DNA of 64,000 nucleotides. Source: Entomortierella parvispora E1425. Lineage: Eukaryota; Fungi; Mortierellomycota. Position numbers and translations under genes: made by a program. The notes below the pieces were generated by a model. The model ran no database searches. It had not been told where the DNA came from and saw nothing but the letters and a program-made list of their open reading frames with translations. Position 1 is the first letter of the stretch. Each line of letters starts with the position of its first letter. Below, in pieces: positions 41,348 to 51,828 of this stretch. The stretch spans positions 1,860,001 to 1,924,000 of the forward strand of contig BQFW01000014.1 of assembly GCA_020891255.1 (NCBI GenBank), written 5' to 3'.

Positions 41348-42540
41348 TACGGTGGTGCAAAGACGAGGGTAAAGATGGTATAAGCGTCGAATGTACAGTA
41401 GAGAGAGAGAGAAAGAGAAAGAAAAAGAAGAGCGGAAAAGAGAGGAAGATAGAGAGAAAGAGATAAAAAGAGAGAGAGAGGGAAGGAGTGAACGACAACA
41501 TGAAGAGCATTTTGTTGTCCCGACCGCGTTGTCTAAACAGTTTTCGGTGCGCACACGCCGAAAGGGTCCCGCTTTGTGCGCTGTGTGTGCTGTGTGTGTC
41601 CATGCCTGGCTGTCTGTGTGTGTCTGTCTGGGTCCGTCGGACGCGCTCTTTCTACCTGCCTGGATCGCGCTGCTTTCGTGTCCGTGGCTCCAGAGCTGCC
41701 TCCTTTCCTGCTCTCTCGCCTTCAATTGTTCTTTTGCTGCTCATCGATGTCTCTCTCTCTCCGTCACCTCCTTTCTTTTCCCTCTCGCTCTCTGTCTTTT
41801 TCTATTTTTTCCTTCTTGTCAGTCTAGATCGACTCGGTGCTAGATGCATGACACAATCTTACCCCGGAGCCGCCCCCTTGGTCGTTCAACCTCAACCGAC
41901 CCCTTTCTCTCTCTCTTGCTGTCTCTCCTTCTCATACTGGACACTGGTGGACACAAAAAAAAAAAAAATCAAGCAGCAAGCTCCTGGCTCTTGGCTCCGC
42001 GCGAGACTGCAGTTGAGGGTCAGGGGGACAAGGTTGCATCCCTTTTCCGACATCAACGCTTTTGCGTGAGGACACATTCCTCGACCAACGCAGTCATATC
42101 TATATGTGCTCTAGTGTGGACAGTTGGCAAACTGGCTTGGTAGGCAGGGGAAACAAGAGAGGGGGTCAGGGCAAACAGGCACCCTATGCCATAGGAGTTG
42201 AAGAAAGCAAGAAAGGCAAAGAGTCCCTAGTTGGCCCTGCTGAACGATGTTGTTGAGGGTGGCTCACTGTTGTCTGCATGTTGAACAGGAACTCGAGATT
42301 TTGTGTCCGAAGGATTTTTTTTTAATGAACCAGCATGGACTATGGTATGGGATTGGATCGTTTAGTCTATCCTGAAGTCGAGGGGGAGGAGTTCAAAACA
42401 GGGGTTCGTCTGCTTGAAAGAGGAAGACTATCGGACTAGAAGCACGAAGAAGGGAAACAGAGACACGAATTGTGAAATCCAGGAACAAGAACCCAGGAAC
42501 AGGCTGGCCCAGAAAATTTGGTGGCTGCAACGTAAGCAAA

Positions 42541-43440
42541 CTACTCTTCGATTGGACGCAACTCCTTTAGCATCTCTTCCAATCTTCCATGGATGAATCC
42601 AACGCCACCAGCAAACTTGACCACGTTGTCTACCAACAGCACAGCACACGGAAGCCCGAGGAGCTCTACTTTCACAAAAGAGGCTAAAAACGTTTTTAAG
42701 TGATTTAGTGAACACCCTTTCTTTCCTCTGAAAAGAGGGCATTTGCAAGTACTTACAGTCTCTGGCAAGATTGTCTACATCAATGTAGGTTGGATAGCGA
42801 GCGCTTTCTTTGTGAGTTTTCAGGGATTCCTTGATCGCTTCTTCATTATGATCCATTCCCTTGTTAAACATATCGTCATTGACCACGCCAATGACTGCAA
42901 CACGCCCTGTGTATCTTTCATAGATATCCGATAGCTTTGGGGCAATCATGATGCATCCTTGGCACCTATAGATTCCATAAAGTCAGACTAGGTTAGTAAG
43001 GCGAAGGATATTTTCTTAATTACAACAACAATAGGAAACAACCACGTTTACCATGTGGCCCAGAAATCGAGAATAACAACTCGCTCCTTGCCTTCAAATT
43101 TGGGGCCTGAACCATGGTGGAGCTTTTCAACAAGCGCCAAAACATCCAACTCAGCTCCAGTGTACGGGCTTACCCAGCCGTCTCTGAAGCATGGTTTAGG
43201 TCCAGCCTTGAGCTTGTCGCGAATGTTTTCAAAACTGCCGAATCCACATTCGACAAGGATCTCACTTGGATCTTCACATCCGATCTTCTGGGACTCGTCT
43301 TTGAAGGTCTTGACAGCTTCCCAGTAGGCTTCTTCTTCCCATTTGTCATCGTATTTTTGGCGGAAGGGAATACCAATGATTCTTGTGAAGGCGCTGCGAA
43401 CTTGAGACTTCGTGTCTTCGGGAGAATGTTCGACAGACAT
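42541..43440 (-). CDS. TlpA/AhpC-TSA-like thioredoxin-fold protein with WCQGC active site and N-terminal extension; 3 exons
   Basis: VILDFWAT W|CQGC is assembled across the intron at ~43049-42966, followed by VAVIGV...YPTYID...LPCAVLL. Confidence 0.8.
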
Positions 43441-45179
43441 GGAGGAATAGACAAGGGAGGGTTGGGTTGGATTGGGTAGAGCGGGAGAAAGAACAAGAAG
43501 ATCAGAGAATGATGTTGGGGCATGGACGATACCTCAGCGTCCTTTTTATCCATTCCCAGCAATCTTTTGTGCATCTTGTACCTTATGGCATACTCTTTGG
43601 AATTGCACAAAAAAAGTGAGCACACCAATCGTTGTGTTTCTGATTTCCCAGTGACCCTCGATGTCCAAAGGTCTCTCTTCTCGCCATGATCTTGGGAGCA
43701 CAAAATCATGAAAACGCTTGTGAGTACATTATTGTTTCGCCCCTCCTCCGAAATAGGGGGGGGGGGGGATATCGAAAAGATGCCCTCTATTAGCATTTGT
43801 GCCTACTAGTTTGACACACGTTCATCGTTGTCAACAACTAAGCTGGCAGATACAGATGAGATGAGAGTAGCTCTGTTGCCGATAGAAATCAACTCCAGGG
43901 CTCCCTTGTATTCCCAGCCTTTTTTCCTACTTTGTGTTTTTGTGCTTGTGGCACTCCTTGCTCTCAAAATAGAAAGCAGAAATTTGGTCCAAGTGAACAC
44001 GAATGAATGTCGCGCGTGTTCATGTCGACTGCACTTTGTTAGTATGGCTTTGTTGGTTGGATTCCTGCAAGAAAAGATTGATCGTGATGCACAGCACCAA
44101 GATAATATTGCCGGTTATTTCGGAGCTGTTGTCCTTTGGTGCATGTATGAATCGAATTACTGTGGCTGTATGAATAACAACCCTCCTGTCAAGGGACCTG
44201 GCAACCCGGCAACCCGGCACCATTTGAGTGACAACTAGAAACAAGATCGCCCACAAGTGTCCCTGACGACAAGGGATGCCTCCCATAGGCTCATCGTCGA
44301 CAGATCAACAATTGGGAAAAGTAAGAGAGGATCGTTCGTAATCCTGGGTCTCCATTCCCTCTTCCTCTTCCCAATGCCTCAGTTCGTCCTGGCCGACAAC
44401 TGTTGTTGTCTCCAGCAGATGCGCCGTGTATTCTTCTGCCATCGACTGTTCTTTCAGCTCAATAGAGGACCACGGCAACAAAGATTCCTGTGGTTAGTGC
44501 AATCGCCTGCCACAAAATGGACATTGGTCCACAGACATTTGAGCACGACTTGGGCAGGCGTGGTGAGAGCCCTGCGTGTTTAGGAACTTGACCACATGTC
44601 ATTGAGCAGAGTCGAATGCCGCAGTCCCATTCCTTGCATGTGTGTCTGCAATTCCAATGTCTGCGTAGGTTGGACTGTTGCTAATGACATCGGCAAGGAG
44701 AGTGATCTCAAAGACAGAGACTGGATCGAGTGAATGCATGGGGCAGAATGAATGCAGTCGAGGAAAACGGGCTGAACGAAGGGGGAAAAAAAAAGAGGAT
44801 TTTTTGTGATCAAACATCTACTGTTCCTCTGTCCTGCATGCCTCGCCCCTTTCAGGTCCTGACTCTCTCTCAGCCAACCAGGACCAAGGGGAGGGGAACG
44901 GATCGCAAACATCGCGTTCATGGGCAAGTTCATAGCGCGCTCTTTGTCTGCTTCTTCCCAGATCACCCTAGAAAACAGTTCCTCGTCTCGTACGAGCCAC
45001 AATACGCACAGCAGTGGTGGAAGATGCCAGCGAGGCAGGAGGGCAGACAGAGCTCTCACGAGTCTGAATAAAATTGATGTGCTCTTCCCAATCTTGTCTT
45101 TGACCTTTGAGATCCACCACCGACCTCCTAACCTGTCAGTTTGCTCCCTCGGTCATCAACCTGCAACGACCGCCCCACT

Positions 45180-45731
45180 AAAAACGCGAACTCTGAAGCA
45201 CTATTTCTTCTCCAGTGACTATATTTTTGCTGTCGACTCTGGCGCGAGTGAATACATCCTCGAGTGCATCCCTGGGTGATACATGTAGCCAGTTCTATCT
45301 TCAGTTTTTGGGCTTCAACACACGCTCAGGCTTGCCACGCCGATCAGCCGGTAAATTTATTTATTGGCCCTGTGTCAGATTCACACCAAGACTCAGGGCT
45401 ATGGCCACGGAGTTGTTTTCAGCCATTTCCACCGTCTCGGCGGTCCTGGGAATTCGAATTCAACATTGAAGGTGTCGACTTCTTGGAATGGCCGCCTTGT
45501 TTTACATGCATGGGCGCGTGGATGGACACTGACAATGCATGCAAGGAATGACTGGACGGACGGAGTCTGAACACAGTTGACACGCGCTGGAAACCAAAAA
45601 TCGAAAAAGCCTGGAATGAAATCGACCCGCTTCTTCCTGACAGGATTGCCGAGCTTTTTGCGTTACACAAGCGTGTCCACCGTTGCAAACGTGTCCCCCT
45701 CTGTCCTTGGTTTCCAGCTTCAAGTGACCGT
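45180..45731 (+). pseudogene. Decayed Tc1/mariner-like (DDE) transposase C-terminal fragment
   Basis: The frame of ORF 45264 reads NIEGVDFLEWPP...CKE*LDGRSLNTVD...KIEKAWNEID...IAELF...KRVHRC, with one in-frame TGA at 45549-45551. This resembles the Tc1 pattern IxVLxWPP...LKxxL...I..xWxxI...L..M.xR...C. The upstream YIFAVDSGAS may be the degenerate FQQDxA motif. Similarity judged by eye only. Confidence 0.4.
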
Positions 45732-46354
45732 CTCTCGACTCGACAGGTATAAAAGGTGGCCTGGGGACCAAGTTTTCTTTTTTTCTTCTTCATTGCAATC
45801 TTGGTTGACCTGCCCACACGGGTCGGAAAAAGCGCGCTCCAAGGGAGAAACCCACTCCCAGTACAGGACGGGCAGACAACTAAACCCATTATTTTTGACC
45901 TCGGTAATACCGCGGGTGTTATACACACTCGTCAGCCGATGGATGCTTTATTTTACAAACAAACAAAAAAAAAAGGAGGAATGGGGACAAGGACCATGCG
46001 AGATGCATTCACTGGCACATGGAGCTTGCTGAGGGAGGCGTTCCATGCGTTTGCATGGAGTGCACCTCACTACACTTGCATCGGGGGAATGGATAACCGA
46101 GGGGTCTGCCCCATTCCATGGGTGAGACTGAAAGGCATTCCTCCACTCGCAATTCGACCCGGGCTTTCTATGACATGCGAAACAGAACAGAACCGTGAGC
46201 CCTGATTTTTGGCGCACCGACTTTTTGCAGGGACCCCCCACAACGGCCGTGCGCTTGGCTGGCGGGCTCTCGGACCAGCTCTCCACCTCATGGCCCATTG
46301 CTGTAGCAATGGAGTTTGACATTGTTGGCTTGGCGCACTCTGCTTCCATGACCC

Positions 46355-46432
46355 CATGCACGTGTTGCATCAAGTCGACTCATTCTGTTTCCATAACTGC
46401 ATGGACGCGTTACATGAAGTCGACTCATTCTG
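46355..46432. repeat. Degenerate 33-bp direct repeat at 45-bp spacing
   Basis: CATGCACGTGTTGCATCAAGTCGACTCATTCTG (46355-46387) versus CATGGACGCGTTACATGAAGTCGACTCATTCTG (46400-46432): 4 mismatches, and the last 16 nt are identical. Confidence 0.9.
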
Positions 46433-46709
46433 ACTGACGGACCAAAGCCCAAATCAAAACGATATTTCAGGAAATAAGGCATGGGTGGCCATGTCTTTCT
46501 CCTTTCTTTCTCCTTTGGTTCATAACAACCCTATGTAGGTAATCACGGCACTTGGGGGACCTCAGCTCGTCGAAACTTACTTTCCACTTTGGTTGGACAT
46601 ACATCCAACTGACTGGATCAGGCTCTCGCAATTCCCGAGATGTTCCTTTTTGCATTAATGCGAACCATGCTCATTTACTAACCTTAATCGTCGTTTAGTT
46701 GTGGCATCC

Positions 46710-48784
46710 ATGAAACAGACTATATCTGAAGCGTTCCCCGGAGGTACATATCCAATACGTTCGTGCCTACAGGAAGAAGTTTAGTTCCTAGCTTTTAAAT
46801 ATATCTATGTATATTTGCTATTAGGATTGCCCTACCGAAATCCAGCGCCTCTACTCAGAACGACAGGCATGAACTGGACTTACCAGCCTGATCCGAAGCT
46901 TTATGGCACATTGCGAGAATCGATCAAGGATCATTATAGTGACTTTTTTAAAGGACTGCGCGATAAATCGACGATCCCGTTATACCTGTTCCTTTGCGGA
47001 GCAGGAACAGGAAAGTCTCGCAATGCGCAGGAGTTTCACCAATCTGCTATATTATGTCTCACCGAAGAAGAAGATCAGGAGCTGAGAAGCAAGATCGAGC
47101 ACGCCTGGGTGTTCCATGTCAGTCTTGAAAATGGCGTCAGTCCTTTGGAGAAGGAGGTCTATCCAATCGAAGCCATAGGTACCCGGATGCTCTTGCAACT
47201 TCTACCTGACAAGAGACTCCGCGACGTCATGGAGGACTACAAGGAAGTGCACCCGATGCACGTCCTGGATCTTGTCGCCAGAGGGAATGGTCGAGATTTG
47301 AGATCGGCTACTGTCATTCTAGTGGTGGATGGATTGCAATCCTTCATGAGACACCCCAAGGATGGCCACAACAAAGACTCGGCCTTCTATCGAGCTTTGA
47401 CAAACATCGGCGATCTTGCGTTTGAGGACGTGTTTCTGATGGCATGCTGCACCGCTACTGTTACCACTCCGGTCGATAAAGCTTTGGCGTTCACTCATCG
47501 GAAACGTGTCATCTTGCCTGTCGCGTCATTGGAACCTCCGTTTATCTATCGAAATGGCTTAGCTTCGCCGGTCTTTGATGAAGATGATCATATTACCAAG
47601 GTGCTTGTGAGCGACTGTGGAGGCCATGGAAGAGCCCTCGAGTCTTTGCAGCAGGTCATGGAGGCAGCAGGCACGGACTTTAATGTCGATTCGCTGATGA
47701 ACAATCTACTCCACAAGCTTAAAGATCTTTACTCGGAGGCACTTTCCATTTCGTCTTCGACAGTTCAAGCCATAGCACGAGCGATACTTACGCGAGCTTA
47801 CTTGGACCCCAACCAACCGCTTTTAGGAAGTGGCGAATTGCCTGGCGAGCTTGCCATTCCGGGATTAATCCGGTATGAGCAGCCAAATGGTCTCGGTTCA
47901 GGAGGATATCTTACCGCGCCTTACATCTGGGTGTGGCTCTTTTCATACCAGTCCACAAAAGACGTGGATCCTCTCCTTGTCAACTGGCGTTTCTGCGACT
48001 ACTCAGATCTCAAGTCAAAGATGGATCCAAGATCGCCACCAGGAGCTCAATTTTGGCAGCACTTTGAGCATTTCCTTGCAACCTTTCGCTGCCTCAAGTC
48101 ACGGGTGCTGGGGGATGGCGAGCCCACAGCGATCTCGGCAATCCACATAGGAGCACGTTTGCGTGGTGACATCCATTTTAAAAATCATCGCCTAAAGGTA
48201 GCCATCTCGTCTAAACAGGTCGATACCAAGTCCACGGGCTATGGACGAATGACTTCGTCCATTCTCTGTGAACACCAGATGCTGAACATCCGCCAGTATG
48301 AACACTGTGTTATCAATGCACCGTCAGCACCCTACGGCGATAGTTTCCTTGGATTGGATGTACGAGGATTCCGCACAGAAGTCCACCAATGCAAGCTGAT
48401 CGCCGATGGCGGCAGGATCGATTACCAAGCTGAAAGAGAAAAAGCTGCATCCGACAAGGATTTCTTCATAATGTTCACCTCCAAAGATCGGCTTGAAGTT
48501 GATTTCCACCACTTTCGGGAATTGTGGACGGATCAAATTGGGCACTCTACTTTGGACCATTTGCCGGCAGAGCGTCCGTTTTCGCTACAACTGGTGCCCT
48601 CGATATCAATCGAGCACAACGCAAAGATCTCAAACGAATGAGTGGCATTGATGACACGAAAGCTGATTTGATCATCGCCGAAAGAACCAAGAGGAGGTTT
48701 GACAGCTATGAGGACGCAGCCCTAAGACTCCATGGCGTGGGCGACACTGTGCTGAGAAGATTCAAGTTCTCACGAACTGCGTAG
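46710..48784 (+). pseudogene. Crinkler (CRN)-type effector-like gene: P-loop NTPase + PD-(D/E)xK-like REase + helix-hairpin-helix; carries a 1-nt frameshift
   Basis: Exon 46710-46743 joins 46825 onward in phase 1. Walker A GAGTGKS at 46998-47018, Walker B VILVVDG near 47328, REase-like GDSF...EVHQCK at 48336-48395. After the shift near 48505 the frame reads PPLSGIVDGSNWALYFGPFAGRA and the HhH motif DINRAQRKDLKRMSGIDDTKADLII...R..FDSYED. Confidence 0.75.
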
Positions 48785-49571
48785 TGTGGATAGTTCGATC
48801 ATGTTTCCTTGCTTGCTTTTCTCCTGCCTTGGTTGTTGATGACTTGTTAGAAACAAATTTTGCTGGCAGTTGAAGAAACGCACGGAAACCTCCAAGAAAA
48901 ATAAATCGCAGTTTTGACGTGCTAGAGCTTGAATCCAGTCCTCTCTGCCAAAGCGTAACAAACGAAGGGACTTGGGAGAAAGGGGTTACGGTACTCCACC
49001 TGGTGTGGCAACGCTCTCCGCATGCCTACATCAGGCTGCACATGTCCAAGTAGATATGGAGGCACACTTTTCTGCTGCTGGCACCAAAAAAAAAAAAAAA
49101 AAAAAAGAAAGCAGGGACTGATCGTCCCTGAACTCTCTTTCGCATCCTTCCCTCTCTGCTCTATTCCCTTGCTTGCCTTTAGACAACTAATTTTTTTTCC
49201 TACATACACCCATACTAAATCCTGCGCACTCATTTGTTCGGAAAAAGCGGCATCAAGGGAATCCTTTGCCGCATGTGGGGGGTCAACTGGGAGGACATTG
49301 AAAAAGTACCTCCCGTAATAGGTCATGTTAAGAAAACGTCTCCATCACTTTTCTGAGAACTTACACAAAGTTCAAAGGATCGATGATTGTTGATGTGAGC
49401 CTGGATGGGAACCTAAAAACGCCCACCGCTTGGCAACTTGGTCACAGTATGCCAAGCCATTTGCGACAGTATATAATGGCTGCCCAGGGAAGGCAGACGG
49501 AGAGTTTTTTTCTTCTTCTTGTTACCATAAAAGCACCGCCCAGCACCACTGCCTCCAGGAATTTACTTACA

Positions 49572-51465
49572 ATGACAAACACCGCAGGCGCATTTCAGGA
49601 ATGGACTGAAGATATTGGAAAGGCGCGAGCCAACCTTGGCATTCAGGGAATGAGTGTGGCAGTTGTTCACAAAGGCAGGATCATCTATGCTCAGGGTTTT
49701 GGCAAGAGAAACGATACGGAACCTTTCACCCCAGAGGTACAATTGCCATCCGTTCGAGGATTGACCCCCCTGATCCTCAACTATGTTACTTGTAGAGAAA
49801 GAAAAGTGAAAAGAAGTGAAGAGGAGTGGACTGCCAATGTAACGCTGAAGACTAATAGCTTTGTTTGTCTTCCCATTGTTTAAGACAATCGCCAACATTG
49901 CCTCAATGACCAAGGCCTTCACTGCCGCCGCAGTTGGGGAGGTGATTGAGGAGAGTACAGCAAAGTGGGATTCTCCTGTCAGCGATTATCTTCCCGAGTT
50001 CAAACTCAAGGATCCTCGCCTGAATGCTGAGATCAACTTCATCGACTTGCTCGCTCACCGAACAGTATGTATATTTCATACTCAAAGGCGTGTGTACATT
50101 CACATTCTCATAAACACTAACCCTCTAGCATGGCTCTTCCTGTTGACTCTGCATTGATACTCTAGGGCTACATTGGGCAGGACTTTGAGTGGTACCAACG
50201 GTCCGAGGACTGGATTGAGCTCATCAAGCTGTTGAGATTTGTCAAGCCAACGGTGCCTTTGCGATCAAAATTCATCTACACAAACACCATGTACTGCGTG
50301 GCGGCCGAGGCAGCGGCAAGGATTGCTGGCGTCCCCTTTGAGCAACTTTTACAGGACAAGTTATTTCAACCTATTGGCATGCAGTCGACAGGCATGCTGG
50401 TGACGGACATGGTTAGTCGCCCGAACCACGCACTGCCTTACACAACCAAGTCTTTTGAGGCTCTGCAGCGTGGAGAAACGTGTCCAGTTCCGCTCAAGCA
50501 CTACCCCATCCCGACACCTCCTTCCGGCGAAATGTACTCGAACGTGATTGATCTTGCTAAATGGGCCAATGTGATGCTGCATGGCGGACAATTGAATGGA
50601 GTGCAGGTGCTACACAAAGAAACGGTTGAAAAGGTGACTACTCCTTGGATTACTCAGAAAACTCTTCCACCTCGGGATACAGCCTCGAGTCTTTCAGCAT
50701 ACGGCTTGGGCTGGTTCATTGAGCAGTACAAAGGGCATCACACCGTTCTTCATGGTACGTATAATATTTATTCATTTTTGTTGACGGCGTATCATCTTTA
50801 TCATGAAGTACTGCAGACCAGGTCCTTATGAGTCCTGACCTCTTCCATGTTGTGATATATCCATGCGTATAGGTGGACAGAATCCTGGCTATCGATCCAA
50901 CCTGGTTCTCTTTCCCCACGACGATCTCGCGGTAATTGTTCTCTCCAACACTCTTTTCAATGAGCTAGTCAATGCAATCCCATACTACATTGCCGATCGC
51001 GTTCTCCAACTACCCAAGACAGAGGACTGGCTTTTCGATGTTGCTGTCAAAGAAACAAGGGATCTGTACAGGATATTTGGGGCCGACAATAATCCTGAAA
51101 TTTTGGACAGTCTCTTCCCCCCACGTTTGCAAGATCGGCCCCCGACGCGCCTTCTTGAGGAGTTTGCAGGCGAATACACCCACCCTTACTCCCAAAAGAT
51201 CCATGTACGAGTTGCTCCCGCCACAGGCGCAGTGGACGGCGAATCCGCATTGTCATGCAAGTTTGGCGCTTTTGATCGTACCTTGGAGCACTATCATTAC
51301 AACACCTTTCGCCTCCAGCTGTTGGATGATCTATTAGATGATACGTTTGCTTATCCACTGTTGCTGACCTTTGTTGCAGGTCACAATGGCTTGGTCAGCG
51401 AGTGTCGGGTCCTCATGTTGGGCAGAGAGCAGGTTTATACAAAGATCCTGCCGGATGCTGTTTGA
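49572..51465 (+). CDS. Beta-lactamase-family (class C/PBP-like) serine hydrolase with C-terminal DUF3471-like domain; 4 exons
   Basis: Exons 49572-49736, 49885-50064, 50166-50754 and 50873-51465 are in frame. Motifs SxxK (ASMTK), LLAHRTG, YxN (FIYTN), PSGEMYSN and HGG. Confidence 0.9.
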
Positions 51466-51828
51466 ATAGTCGTATTAAAAGAAGAGACAAACCATGGACC
51501 TTTTTTCCACTCGGCGGATCTAGACATTAACATTGAATTGTGAGCGGTGCCCTCAAGACTGTGGATCTTATTCGGGGTACACTTTGTGCGCTTGCAAAGA
51601 TGGAAAATGTGGAAAGAATTTAGTCGGTCATATGGTTGAAGTCATCTAAAGACGAAACCACGTGACGACACACGAGGTGATCAATAAAACTGATCTCAGA
51701 TGAAAAAAAAAGACCACGAGCACAACTCTGTTTCTTTCCTCCTAGCCCAACGCGCAAACGAAAGACACAGATACACGACAAGGAGCACTCACATACGCAC
51801 TAGAAGCACGCACTACTACATACACAGC

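Noticed and set aside
45228-45265. AVDSGASEY as a Ty1/copia aspartic protease motif
   Set aside because: No gag, integrase, RT or LTR is visible, and the downstream sequence fits a DDE transposase relic better.
51535-51547. GAATTGTGAGCGG matches the left half of the lac operator
   Set aside because: Only 13 nt match, the right half (ATAACAATT) is absent and there is no other vector sequence nearby. Treated as chance.
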